A stretch of DNA of 64,000 nucleotides, taken from contig NC_058383.1 of assembly GCF_018350175.1 (NCBI RefSeq), positions 15,378,001-15,442,000 of the forward strand, in the 5' to 3' direction. The notes below the pieces were generated by a model. The model did not search any database, was not told the origin of the DNA, and saw only the letters and a program-made list of their open reading frames with translations. The position numbers and the translations under genes were made by a program. This document shows, in pieces, positions 49,633 to 62,379 of the stretch. How positions within the stretch are numbered: position 1 is the first letter of the stretch; each line of letters starts with the position of its first letter. The stretch comes from Felis catus (Eukaryota).

Positions 49633-49858
49633 GGGGGCGCCTGGGTGGCTCAGTCGGTTAAGCGTCCGACTTCGGCTCAGGTCATGATCCTCATGGTCAG
49701 TGAGTTCGAGCCCCACATCAGGCTCTGTGCTGCCAGCTCGGAGCCTGGAGCCTGCTTCAGATTCTGTGTCTCCCTCTCTCTCTCTCTCTGCTCCTCCCCC
49801 GCTCACGCTCTGTCTCTCAAAAATGAATAAACACTAAAAACAAAAAAAAATTTTTTTT
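49633..49858 (+). mobile_element. CAN SINE (SINEC_Fc)
   Basis: TSD aaactctccttc. Confidence 0.95.
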
Positions 49859-49927
49859 AAACTCTCCTTCAGGTATTGAAGCTAAAACTGCTGCAATTTA
49901 ACCCCGCATCTGCAGGTTCCATTTCTT

Positions 49928-50150
49928 TTTTTTTTAAATTTTTTTTTTCAACATTTATTTATTTTGGGGACAGAGAGAGACAGAGCATGAACGGGGGAGG
50001 GGCAGAGAGAGGGGGAGACACAGAATCGGAAACAGGCTCCAGGCTCCGAGCCATCAGCCCAGAGCCTGACGCGGGGCTGGAACTCACGGACCGCGAGATC
50101 GTGACCTGGCTGAAGTCGGACGCTTAACCGACTGCGCCACCCAGGCGCCC
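49928..50150 (-). mobile_element. Young SINEC_Fc
   Basis: Near-consensus with CpGs intact; 18-bp TSD ctgcaggttccatttctt. Confidence 0.97.
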
Positions 50151-50899
50151 CTGCAGGTTCCATTTCTTTAAGAAAGAAACCCCCTATATGCCACTTACTT
50201 GTCATAGCTCAGTTTTTAAATGACAAATTTTGAACAGGACTCGAAGTTTTTCTGTTTACTAGGTTTTAAGAAAGCTTTCTGAACTCTCTGAAAAGCAGTT
50301 TGAACAGATGTGTCAAGAGCTTTCAAATGGTTTTCCTCTGACCCAGTGATTCTATTTTGGATAACCTGACTTAAAGAAATAATTCCAGAACTCATCCTAA
50401 GTGCTCCTGGCTGCACAGACCATGGGTGAAACAGGCTGGTTTAAAGGCAGTGGGTGTCTTGGGGTTGAAGGAATGTGTCGCCTTGTGTTTGTGGGTGAAT
50501 CAAATACCCAAAGCCTTAAAAATAATAAAGAAAGAAGAACAACTTCATATTATTCTACTGCAGTACTATGCGACTTTATAATAAGAACTGGACACACTGA
50601 GATGCTTTCATAAACTGAAATGCTTCTCTGGTGAGTAATTACTAAGCATTCACCATTTATTTCCAAAACTAATGATACGGATATCACTGTTTGTCTGCTT
50701 AACCGGAACATGCTGTGGGGAGTATTTAACAACATTTATTTACTGCAGAAAAAAAAAGGAACATTCTGCTCTACATTTACAAATCACAATCACGAGAAAA
50801 ACAAAAAACAACCTAAGACTGTCAGGCTCTTGCTGACTCCTTGTGCTCTACCCACTCCTCAGATTCTCTTCTAAAAACCACTTCTCCCCTGGGGGCTGA

Positions 50900-51090
50900 A
50901 ACAAAGAGATGGGAGTCTAGGCTTGGTCCTACCACCTACGAGCCTGTCAGCCATCTGACTTCAGACAAATTGCTTTATTTCTCTAAACCTACTTCCTACC
51001 CTGTAAATTGGTAAAGTGGACGTAATAATAGTATGGATATCAAGGTCAATGTGAGGATTGAATGAGACAATCCAATGTGTACTTTGACTT
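50900..51090 (+). mobile_element. MIR fragment
   Basis: ctctaaacctacttcctaccctgtaaattgg..gtgaggattgaatgagacaat. Confidence 0.65.
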
Positions 51091-51547
51091 CTCCTAATAC
51101 TCTGAATCTGTACTGAACTACCCTCTTGCCCTATACCCCAACCCATCCGCTATATTCAATCAAATCACGTTGCTTCCCAATGCCTTCAGGTTGAAGTTCA
51201 CACCCCCCTGACAGAATGAAAAGGCCTCCAGTACCCTGCCCCTGCCTTTCTTCTCTAGTTCATTCTCCACACATCCCCACCCCTACCTGAAACCACAGAC
51301 ACACCAAACTGTTCCCCAAACACACCATTCGCCCTAGCACCCCAGCCCTCTGCATCTGTATCTGTCCTCCTAACCTTCCCACGTTTCACACGTTAGCTCC
51401 CTTGTTCTTCGACATTGCTCCCACCCCTCGAGTTCTCTTCAGCCCTAGACTCACCATCTTGGATCTTGCTACAGAGTGAGGGAGGTAGAATACCATGGTG
51501 GTACACCAGTCGGACCAAACCTATCCTATTTGAAGATATCTGCTTAT

Positions 51548-51745
51548 ACAGTAATAGCTCATAGTTACCAAGTACACACTACGTGGCAGGCAATAAGATA
51601 AAGCGTGCCAGTGAATGAACTTAGTTAATCTTCATAACAACTTCATAAGAGGTTACTTTTATGATCTCCCATTTTAGAGACGAGAAAACAAAAGCAGAGA
51701 GTAAAATAATTTGCCCAAGACGCACAGGCTGAGACAGCAGGACTC
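51548..51745 (-). mobile_element. MIR fragment
   Basis: ttaatcttcataacaac..ccccattttagagacgagaaaac..taatttgcccaag. Confidence 0.75.
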
Positions 51746-52344
51746 CACAAAACTCAGTGAGTATTACTCAAAAAGAGGTTATATAATAGGAATACGCTGG
51801 CCCAACCCTAGAGCCAATTGCTAACCAGTAGTAGTGCCTCCTCCAGAGTAGCAATTCAGGCAATTTAGTGCAATACCTGGCAACGACTGGGCAGAAAGCA
51901 ACTCAGGAATATGTATGAATGGACCCTAAAAGGCCAAATAAATGCATGGGAAAAAACAAAAATCAAAAAACCAACAACCAGGCAGTAGTTTAGTGTATTC
52001 TGTCCAATATAGAATGAAAACACAAGCCATACTTGGAAACTCTGCCATAAGCTAACAATAAAGAAAAACAAAAACTGGTGGCTTTATTTTCATGTCACAC
52101 TGAAGGCGGAAAAATATTTATTTTTGCCCCAAATCTAATGACTTTATGAGAAACTTTTTATGAGAAATCTAAAATGTCATAAACCAACTGCTTCAAGTTC
52201 ATAAAGTCCAAAATCATTTCATTTAAAAAATAATTTACACAGATGTTCAAAATTTTCATTTGTTCTTTCTCTCCAGTGCCCTCTAATGGACAGAGATGAA
52301 AAGCAAAGTGAAAATGAACCCACAAATTATTCTAAACTCTTACC

Positions 52345-52386
52345 ATACACTTGAAATTTGCTGAAATTAAATCTGAAGTGTTCTCA

Positions 52387-52429
<43 letters not shown>

Positions 52430-52577
52430 CACGCGAGGTAACTATGTGAGGTGATGGATTTCTTAACTTGATTGTGGTAATCTTTTCACAATGTACACAC
52501 ATATCATCACATTACACGCCTTAAAAAAATCAGTGTACAGCCCTAACATATTTGCAATCATGCCTCAATAAAGTTGG
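52345..52577 (+). mobile_element. L1MA-like 3' terminal fragment containing (CA)n at 52389-52432
   Basis: ggtaactatgtgaggtgatgga..gattgtggtaatc..cctcaataaag. Confidence 0.75.
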
Positions 52578-52846
52578 ACAAACAATTACTGCAAACTCTT
52601 CACTCACTGCAAACAAAGCTTTAAATATCTTCTCTTAACCTTCTGTAAAAACCCAGAAATCTGTCTAAATCAGGTATCTCGTACACTGAAATCTATCCTG
52701 TTTTAAGACTGTTTCGCCACTAAAAAATTACTCAGATTCTTAATTTAAGAGTCGTAAAATTACACGTTTGCTTTGACCCAGTATATCAATTTGGGGACAA
52801 TATAACCTAAGAAATATTAACACATTTTTCAAAGTAAAAAGGTCTC

Positions 52847-53056
52847 GGGGTCCTTGCGTGGCTTAGTCAGCTGAGTGTCCAACTCTGGCTCAGGTTGTGA
52901 TCTCGCAGTTCTTGAGTTCAAGCCCCACATCAGACTTTCTGCTGTCAGCGCAGAGCCCGCTTCGGATCCTCTGTCCCCCTCTCTTTCTGCACCTCCCCCA
53001 CTCACATTCTCTCTCAAAATAAACAAACATTAAAAAAAACAAAAAACAAAAAAACA
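52847..53056 (+). mobile_element. CAN SINE
   Basis: TSD gtaaaaaggtctc. Confidence 0.93.
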
Positions 53057-53625
53057 GTAAAAAGGTCTCAGACCTGTGTTAATTTTACCAGCAGAAAAAC
53101 CTGACACAGACTAAATGGCCAGCTCTAGGAAAATGTATAAACCAGTTTAAAATATCTAAGCAAACTAACTTCTCACTTTGACATCTGTTGGGCTTTTAGA
53201 GGTGATGACACACTGTCATGTGCATGTTCGCATCTGACTCACACCTGTGAGGAAGGCAGAGGGCCCGGCCCCTGTTCCCCAGACAAGGGGATTAAGACTA
53301 GGGAAGGTTAAGCTATGCCCACAGGTCACTGAGTTACACACTGGCTGGGCCAAGCCCTGAACCCACACTCCACGTACTTGTCATTCTTAACAGCTGCTCT
53401 GCCAGGGGCTTCTGAAATACAGAAGCTACTAAAAATGACAGACACAATCCACACGTGGAAGTATTCAGAAACAAGGAACAAAAGCTGCAACAACAGGAAA
53501 GATGCTCAGCAATTTTAAATTGAGAAGTAATTTTGGATATATTGGCCTAGAGTTTTACACCCAACCAAGAATTTTTTGGTTATGAGCTTTATAAAAGTAG
53601 CCAAACCAAATGCATACAGGACAGC

Positions 53626-54175
53626 GTGCAGGGAAAAATTTGGCCTTGCCGGAAGGGAAATCTGGCCATTGTCCCCAGTTCCTGGAAAGTAACGGGGAAT
53701 CCCTTGGAATTTCCCGAGTGACAGCAGCATCCGTTATTCACGGTGGGCCCCTAAGACCGCAGCTGACTGCAAGTGGGGGAAGGTGCTGAAGACTGAGTTC
53801 AACCACATGGGCAGTCAAGTCCCAATAAAAACTGGACACCGAAGCTCAGGTAAGCCCCCCGGGTTGGCAACACTTGATGTGTATTACTGCACGTTGATGC
53901 TGAGAGGACAACACATCTTGAGGAGGACAAAGGAACGCCTCTTGAATCTATTCTATGCGTCTCCTCCTTTGGCTGATTTTCTGTACCCCTTCCCAACAAA
54001 GAACCACAGCCATGAGGGTAACAGCTTTGGGGGAGTTCTGTGAGTCTTTCTAGCAAATTATCAAACCTGAGGGTGGTTTTTAGGAGCCCCCTCCCCCAAA
54101 ATTTGCAATTGGTGTCAGAAGTGAAAGCAATCTTGGGGACTATGCCCTCAGACCTTGTAGTTTTCTAATACCAGG
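53626..54175 (+). mobile_element. MER21C-like ERVL LTR
   Basis: cccttggaatttcccgagtgacag, ccaataaaaactggacac and gagttctgtgagtctttctagcaaattatcaaacctgaggg. Confidence 0.75.
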
Positions 54176-54420
54176 GAGGAAGAAAGAGATTGTTCACAGG
54201 ATAACATGTTCAACCTCGCTCAAAATGAAAGAAATACAAATTAAAATCAGGTCATTATTTCTCACCTTTCTGGCTGGCAAGATTTAAAAGACTAATAACA
54301 CCTGAGGGTTGGCAAAGGTACAGAGAAATAGGCTATCTCATCTCTCTCCTATAAGAAATAAAAATGTTTTCAATTTTGTATAGGGCAATTTGGAAACATC
54401 TATTAATACTATAAAATCCC

Positions 54421-54658
54421 GGGGTGCCTGGGTGGCTCAGCTGGTTAAGCGTCCAACTCTTGATCTCAGCTCAGGTCTTGATCTCAGGGTCATTAAGTTC
54501 AAGCCCCACGTTGGGCTCTGGACTGAGCATAGAGCTTACCTTAAAAAAATAAAAATAAAAAAATAGGCACCTGGCTGGCTCAGTTGGTGGAACATGCGAC
54601 TCTTGATCTCGGGGCTGTAAGTTCAAGCCCCACACTGGGTTTAGAGATTACTTAAAAA

Positions 54659-54660
<2 letters not shown>
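54421..54660 (+). mobile_element. Two short CAN SINEs in tandem, followed by (TG)n at 54659-54691
   Basis: Heads at 54421 and 54566; a single TSD tataaaatccc encloses both. Confidence 0.88.
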
Positions 54661-54694
<34 letters not shown>

Positions 54695-55199
54695 GATGTA
54701 GATATAAAATCCCCTTTGATCCAGAAATTTCAATTTTATGAACTTATTCTTGAGATAAATTTATGCCAGTCGCAAAAATTATAAGAGCAAGAGTGTTCAA
54801 ACACCTAAATGTTAATCATCAAGAGCCAAATACATCATGGGACATAGTCCTAGACCACTATGTAAACATTAAAATGAACCAGGTGAATCCGTATGACAGC
54901 ACTGGAAAGCTGTCACGTTAGATGAAAACAAGCAGTCTGTAGACTTGGGAGAACAAAATGATCCCATCTGTGTAGCCAGAAAAACAAAGTTAGACCAAAA
55001 TGCAGGTGTGTTTGTAAGAGCAGTAAAACACCCAGACGAATACTGCCAAACTAGAAAGTCTGGTTTCCTGTGAAAAGTAGATTTAGGAAGAACAAGGACA
55101 GGGAACTGCATTCTTTGAATCTTTCAAACATATATAAAGAGGGTATGAAATTAAGTGAAACTTCAAAGGGAGGTTCAGATCAAGTTATGTATTTTCAAA

Positions 55200-56478
55200 G
55201 GGAATAGCTAAGAACCAGAAACTCTAAAAACACCTCCCTCGCATCGAGGATGTGAAAAGGATAGAGGACATAGAGGTAAGGACAGAGGATTTTTGAAAAT
55301 TTCTTTGGAGAATGTTGGTAAGGTATTTTGAGATCCCGCCTCAAATGGAGAGAGGCTGGAGAGCAGGTGCCTTGTCACATCTCAAGCCCCCAAAGCTCCA
55401 CCGGGGCCCCTCAAAAGAAGCTGCTTGTATGCCCCGCACTCAGAGGGCATCATTGACTGGTGTAGGACTCCTGCCCAGCGAATCCAGACACCAAAGGACT
55501 GACTAGTTTCCCCAGCAAGTGAGCACTGCTGCTGGGTAGAAATCAGCCTGTCCTCCCAGAATAAAGAACTCAGGAGTGTTCCTGTGGGAAGGGACAAGAG
55601 TGCAGGTGGGGGTGACCTTAGATGCTGACCAACCGGGCAACCAGAGAGGAAAACAGAGGACAGACCTCAGAGGAAGCCAGAGGCACAGGGCTCAGAGGAA
55701 GGAGTGAGCCACGACCAGCAGCACACTTCTTGGGGTACACTTGCTCAGTGCAAGGAACCAGGCAGGAGACACCATGGACAGTGTCTCCACAGACGCAATG
55801 AGAGTGCCGGCTGGAGGAAGAGTCAACTTTAAACTGGACGAGGGGAGAGAGCACAGTCACCTTACACCACATAAGAACTTCCTACTTCTCTCTGTCCTGC
55901 TCCCCATCCGTTCCCCAGACCCTAAGCAGATCCAAAACAGCAGCTAGCAAATAGGCCAGAAAGTAGACAAGAGGGGAGGAGTTTCGCCTTTGAATTAAAT
56001 TGACTTAGTTTCTTTAGTATTACTTACCACCTATTACCTAGGCTTGGGCATTCTACTGTCAATTTATTAAGACTTTGTGTCTTAGGGGCACCTGGGTGGC
56101 TCAGTGGGTTAAGCAGCCAACTCTTGGTTTCAGCTCAGGTCATGATCTCACAGTTCATGAGTTCAAGTCCCACACTGGGCTCTATGCTAACAGTGCGGAG
56201 CCCACTTGGAATTCTCTCTCTCTCTCTTTCTCTCTCTCTCTCCCTCTGCCTCTCTCTCTCTCTCTTTCAGAATAAATAAATAACCTTAAAAAAAATAAAA
56301 AGAAAAAGAAGAAAAAAACTTTGTGTCTTAAAGTACCTGTAACACTTTATTACCAAAAATGACCAGAAAAGTCACGAAATCTGCCAGTTCTCCCTCCTGT
56401 GCAGGTTGAAAGGGACAGTAAAACTCAAAACAAAGCAGCTTCTATAATAACTTCCCAAAATTAATCCCTGTTTGTAAC
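55200..56478 (+). mobile_element. LTR78-like old LTR with a SINE insertion
   Basis: 3' end aatgaccagaaaagtcacgaaatctgcc..ttgaaagggacagt..aaagcagctt..tgtaaca resembles recalled LTR78. Confidence 0.5.
56085..56317 (+). mobile_element. CAN SINE
   Basis: TSD actttgtgtctta. Confidence 0.93.
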
Positions 56479-56500
56479 ACTACTTTTAAAAGATTTTTCT

Positions 56501-56750
56501 GGGGGTACCTGGGTGGCTCAGTCACTTAAGCGTCCAACTTCGGCTCAGGTCATGATCTAATGGCTTGTTGAGTTCAAGACCCACATCGGGCTCTGTGCTA
56601 ACAGCTCAGAGCCTGCAGCCTGCTTCGGATTCTGTCTCTCCCTCTCTCTGCCCCTCCCCTCCGCGCATGCGCACACCCTCTCTCTCTCAAATATAATAAA
56701 ACATTTTTTAAATTAGCCAATTTTTAAAAAAAGTTTTTTCTGAAAAAAAC
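56501..56750 (+). mobile_element. CAN SINE
   Basis: Head and tail; aaaagattttt flanks. Confidence 0.92.
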
Positions 56751-58511
56751 AAAAAGATTTTTCTGTGAGATTTTTAAATGAGGTGGTAAAAACTACCTGA
56801 AAATATCACAAAGATTTTTATAATAGAGATTCGGGTGCATATGAAACAAAGTTAAAATAAACATTCCAAATGCTAATAGTAATTTTTCTGGGGAGACAGA
56901 ATTATTGATAGATTTTGGCCCTTTGTTTTCTAAATTTTTATTTTTTAGGTATGTTAATTTGTAATGAAAAAATTTTTAACTAGGCAAAATTAAATAAACA
57001 TTAAATTTTTTTCTTTATATTACTATTTGTTATAGCATGGGACCACCCTGAGTAAAATTAGAGGGTCATCATGTTTTATGCAAGAAATAAGTTCTTAAGA
57101 CCTTATATAATTCAAAACTGACCCTATCAAAAAATGGGAGATATTCTCATATGGCTATATAATAAATAGTTTATAATTCAGTTGATACTAGATTTTTTTG
57201 TTTTATTTTGGGAGCATGGAGAGAAAGTAGTTCCTTCCATACTTTCTATTTCGAATCCTCAGAAAAGCGAAAAGTACAATGAAGACCCATAGTCCCTTCA
57301 CCTAGATTCACCACTTTTGTTGATCATTACCTGTCTACCCTTCCACGCACACATACACATCTATAAAATACACGTGAATGTATGTGCAGAAAGAAAATTT
57401 TGCTGAACTACTTGTATGTGGTAGACACCATAACACTTCACTCTTAAACACTACAGAATTCATCTCCTAAAAAATGACAGAACTGCACAACTACAACACC
57501 ATTATTACAAGGGAAATTAACAAAAATCCAGTATTATCTAATAAAAAATCCATTTCAAGTATCCTCAAATGTCCAGACAATGACCTTTGCTCTTTGATTC
57601 AAGATCAAAGGTTACACAATGCATTTAGTTATGTTTCATTAGCGTTTTTAAACCTTGGACCCGTCCTCACCCCAGGTTTTGTTACTGTTAATGTCTATGA
57701 CACTGACTCTTTTTAAAGAGTCTGGACTGTCCCACTTTTTGGATTTGTCTGATTGTTTCCCCATAATTAGACTCAGGCTAAAAATTTTTGACACAAAATT
57801 ACATAGATGATGTTGCATACATCTTACTACCCATCATGTCAGGAGGGACACGAGGTCATTTTAATACAAATGATGAAGCTAAATTTGACTTTTTTGGTAC
57901 AGGCGAAAATCACCTGAACACTCCATTTGTAAAGGTATATTTTATCCTTTGTAATTAGCAAATCATCTGTAGGTATTTTTCCCCCAGTGATGTATTTATT
58001 TTTGGCATGTCTAAGTGGGTTAGTTTCTGGGATGATATTTTGAGAATACGTGCATATATGGCCCCCAAAGGCATTTCATGCAATCCTTGCTTAAATTAAT
58101 TATCACCCTGGGGATAGAAAACAAATGATTAATTCTATCATACCCTCTGTATTTCTTATCTAGAAACCTATAAAGACTTTCTCTTGTACCTCCCTTTTGT
58201 TGAGCAGCAAAAGGATTGATTTATTTGATGTAATACAATCCACTGCATATAATACAATACATATTATCATTATGTTCATTTTTGATGCTCAAATTGTCCC
58301 AAATTTGGCCTGCAGGAAACTCTTCAAGCTGGTTCCTATGTCCCTTTGATGTGTCTCCATCAGTCTTTGATGATCCACTTGCCCAACAAGACATCCCAGG
58401 CCCATCTGTTATGCTCCCTTCCTCAGCCCTGGAATCACTCATTTCTCCAAGCCCTGATTCCTTTCAATGAGGTAGGATATTGAGAAAACAAGAACTGAGT
58501 GCTCACCATGT

Positions 58512-59262
58512 TTGTTTCTAGGTCTGTGGCCTAACAAAGAGTACATCTGTTCTTTGTCCCCAGTTCCTGGCACAGAGCTTCAAAAAACCTTGGCATTTTC
58601 AAAGTGCCAGAAGGGTCATTGTTATGCAAATGAGGTGGCTGAGGGGGTAGGCCTAGATAGCTTTAGCATGGGGCTGGTCAACCAGAAAGACCAACTCTGG
58701 GCCAGCTGGATCTCCAGGGAAAGAAACAGGGAAGGAGGTCAGCTGGAGAATCAGATGGCCAATAATCTAATCAATCATGCCTACACAATGAAACCCCAAT
58801 AAACATTCTGGATGCTAACTAACCAGCTTCCTAGTTAGCGGACACGTGGATATGGTGGGAAGGGAGGATGTGCCTGGGTTTCACATGGAGAGGGCGCGGA
58901 AACTCTTGAGTCTCCTCCCCACCTCCCTACTCTCAGAACTCCTCCTGTTGTCTTTTCCACTTGGTTGTTTCTAACTCGTATCCATTAAAACTGTAAGTAT
59001 AGTGCTTTCGGTGAGTTCTGGGTCATTCTAGCAAATTACTGAAACTGAAGGCAATCACGGGACCCCAAAATTATAACCAGTTGATGGGAAGGGCAGGCGG
59101 CCCCTACTTAGAGCCGCCATCTGAAACGGAGGCAGTCCTGTGCAAGACTATGCCCTAAATCTGCAGAGTCTGATGCTAACTCCAGGTAGCTACTGTCAGA
59201 ATTGAACAGAAGCGGGTGTTTAGTGGTCAGAACGTGAAAGGTTCTTTCTGTAACCACAGCTC
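58512..59262 (+). mobile_element. MER21B-like LTR
   Basis: ctttgtccccagttcctggcacagagct, atcaatcatgcctac..gaaaccccaataaa, gtgagttctgggtcattctagcaaatt, gatgctaactccaggtag. Confidence 0.75.
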
Positions 59263-59994
59263 CAAAATACCGTTTATACACACACAGCACTCAAATTATA
59301 AATTTGCAAATCTGCCATGACAATAAACTATTTTTTTAGAAAAAAATCTTATGTTCAGATCAACCTCCAAATGAAATCCAACACCACATGAAAATCTCAT
59401 TAATACACATGGATCCACCTTATTATTTCTCACAGATGCACAACAAGGTCTGTAGTGTGTGGATATATCATGCTTTTTTCAACCAGTCTCTGGCAGCTGT
59501 TTGCTGTATATACTTGTGGCATAACCTTGGGCATCTGCTGTTTTGTATTTGTGAAGATGAATCTTCAAGGCAAATTCACACAACCAGGCCTGCTGGATGA
59601 TGGGTAAATGCATGTGAATCAAAAGCCCCTCCATACAGGCCCCTCCATACAGGCTACACCGTTCCGGATTCCCCTCAGCAAGGTGTGAGCACCTGTGTTC
59701 CCAGAGCCTCACCAGCTATGGATGCTGTACAGTTTTTGAACTTTTGTGATTTTGGTAGGTGAGAAATGTCATGTCAGAGTAGTTTTAATGTGCCTGTCTT
59801 TAATTCTGAGTGAATGTGAGCATTTTTTCATATACTTAAAGTCTATTTGTAGAGCTTTTTCTGAGACTCGCCTATTCAGGTGTTTGGCCAATTTTTTCTA
59901 TTAGGTTTTAGGTCTTTTTTCTTTTGATTTTTAAGAGCACTCTGTATAATAAAAAAAATTAACCCCTTCTGTATTATAGAAGAGGCAAATATTT

Positions 59995-60069
59995 CCTTTT
60001 TAATTTTTTTGAAGTTTATTTATGTTTGAGAGAGAGAAAAATAGAGCACACAGCGAGCAGCAGAGGGGC

Positions 60070-60114
<45 letters not shown>

Positions 60115-60238
60115 CCCAAGCAGGCTCCATGCTCAGCTCAGAGCCCAATGCAGAGCTCGACCCCAGGACTGCAAGGTCATGACCTGAGCCAATATCAAAG
60201 AGTCAGACACTTAACCAATTGAGCCACCCAGGCGCCCC
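59995..60238 (-). mobile_element. CAN SINE with (GA)n
   Basis: Reverse-complement SINE ending ggcgcccc. Confidence 0.92.
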
Positions 60239-61471
60239 ATACTTTCCCTTTCTATCATTTGTCTTTTGATATGCTTATAACCATGCAAATCTTTTTAAAA
60301 CTCATTGGTAAATTCAGTCTTTTCTTGCTTCTAGATTTTGAATCATACAGAAAACTCTTCTCTAAGTTATAAAATAATGCATCTGGTTCTATTACTTATA
60401 AATTTTTTTCAACAAGTTCTCTAACCCAATTGGAGTCTATGGTGACCTATGAGATGCACAGAGCCAAGTTTAAATGTTCACAGGTAGCTATCTGCTTGTC
60501 GTGCCATACCCCTGCCAGGGAAAAGAGATGCCACTTTTATTATATATGAAATCCCCATATATTCCTGGATCTACTCCTGCTATTTTATTCTGCTGCATCA
60601 ATCTATCTCAACAGGAGCCAAAACACAGCTTTAATTACAGATGCCTTGTAGTAAGTGTTAATATCTGTCAGGGCCAGTCTTTCTCATTACTACACCAAGG
60701 AGTTCCTAACTATTCTTGCATGTTTATTTTTCCACATGAATCAACCAGGCTAGCTCTAGGGGGAAAAAGTTATTGAAACTTTTAATGGGATTTCATCAAA
60801 TTTACGTATTAATTTAAAGAGAAGTGACATCTTTAGAACAGTGAGTGAGTCACCACATCTAAAAACAAGAGCTATCTCTGCTCGGGAATTTTTTCAGTTT
60901 CCATCACACAGATTTAGGACATTTCTTTCTAAATTTATTTTTATGTACTTCTTTATCTTTTATATAGCTGTTATAAATGAGGTCTTCTCTTCCACTATGG
61001 CTTCTAACTGGTTATTGTTTGGAAAGACAAAGGCTATTTGGCTTTTTACCTTATTATATCCTGCTACCTTACTGATTTCTTTCATTTGAGTTTGTGTCAA
61101 TTTTATCATTGATTTTCTTAGATTTTTCCATAGTTTTACTTCTTTTGTTTCTAAAACTTAGGCACTGGGCACATTCCCAGTGTAGGATATTCTCATTTCC
61201 CAAAGCTGACACATGAATGGAGTCTATACACTCTTATGCTATTGTGTATACTACTCCCATTTCACATCATTGGAATCTGCGTAGACTCCTACTACACCGC
61301 ACATTCTCACATTCATCTTTTCTGCGGCAATGACAACCCAGACTAATGTTTCCTAGATTCCTAGGGCCTCCACCTACACTGATCTCAACACCTCCAGGCC
61401 AAGGTGCTGTCCGTAAGCTCAACAGCCCTCACTCTATGTGAGGCGGAAGCACTTGAAGAAAGTTCCACTTG

Positions 61472-61665
61472 GGGGGTGCCTGGGTGGCTCAGTCGGTTAA
61501 GTGTCCAACTTCGGCCCAGTTCGTGATCTCACGGTTCGCGAGTTCGAGCCCCACGTCATGCTCTGTGCTGACAGCTCAGAGACTGGAGCCTGCTTCGGAT
61601 TCTGTGTCTCTCTGCCTCTCTCTCTCTCAAAAATAAATAAACATTTTAAAAAAAGAGAGAGAGAG
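61472..61665 (+). mobile_element. CAN SINE
   Basis: TSD agttccacttgg / agttctacttgg. Confidence 0.93.
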
Positions 61666-61947
61666 AGTTCTACTTGGAATCTCAGCACGAGTCCATCTTC
61701 ATGCTGTTCACCCTGTCTCCTCAGTCACAACATTGAAGTCCCTCTAACCATCCACCCTTCCCTCAATTCCTGCCCTAAAATCTGCCTATCCTACTACAAG
61801 CTCATTTTCACAGGGCTTAGAGGGAAGATTTTCACAAAATTCATGTAAAAAATGGCAAAGAAGTAGAAAACTCTCAAGACAGGAGGCAAATGTTAGATGT
61901 TAGCTAACAGCAGGATCCAGGAGCACTCTTTCCCAAAGTTACGGTAC

Positions 61948-62070
61948 CTTTTCTTTCTTCACACAATTCATAATTTTGCCGAGGTCCTCAACATCAACGA
62001 CAGAATTTAGATTCTGGTGGTCCTCAGTACCAGACTCTTCCTCACTGGTGCTCTCAAAGGGCTCTTCCTC
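61948..62070 (-). CDS. TYW1: TYW1 internal coding exon (123 bp, phase 0-0), acidic linker EEEPFESTSEEESGTEDHQNLNSVVDVEDLGKIMNCVKKEK
   Basis: Minus strand ttccag|GAGGAA...GAAAAG|gtaccg; 41 codons; peptide matches recalled mammalian TYW1 linker and splices in frame to the next exon. Confidence 0.95.
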
Positions 62071-62161
62071 CTGGAACATCAATGTTTCAGAAATATATTG
62101 TTCAAAGTAGCGAGCCTCCAAGATTGTGAGTTCATGGGACAGATCTGAGATATTTTAGGCT

Positions 62162-62358
62162 ACAGGTTCAGCAAGTATGGCCCGCAAGCCAAATGCAGCC
62201 AGCCTCAGGCCAAATCTAAAGGCAGCCATCACTTACACGTTATCTATAGCTATGTTCTTAATACAGTGACCGGACTGACAGTTGCAACAGAAACCATGTG
62301 GCCCACAAACATGGAAATATTTATTAGCTGGCCCTTCACAGAAAAGTTTCCTGACCTC
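62162..62358. mobile_element. MER58A-like hAT MITE
   Basis: cagcaagtatggcccgcaagccaaat..gttgcaacagaaaccatgtggcccacaaa..ggcccttcacagaaaagttt. Confidence 0.75.
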
Positions 62359-62379
62359 TCTTTTAGACAGAACCAACCA

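Larger units (their letters stand above)
57240..61150 (-). mobile_element. Old L1MC/ME 3' portion, sense to TYW1, interrupted by an LTR and a SINE
   Basis: Reverse 3' UTR motifs (tttggatttgtctgattgtttcc, gatgctcaaattgtcccaaatttggcc) and ORF2 remnant at about 59700-61150. Confidence 0.7.

Noticed and set aside
4920..62070. TYW1 pseudogene or bacterial/archaeal radical-SAM gene transfer
   Set aside because: Spliceosomal introns, intact frame and intact catalytic residues indicate an ordinary eukaryotic gene; paralog status cannot be judged from this window alone
61939..62121. ORF-track start and stop codons around TYW1 exons (also 45867-46115 and 4916-5128)
   Set aside because: The extensions are intronic read-through; canonical splice sites define shorter exons that join in frame
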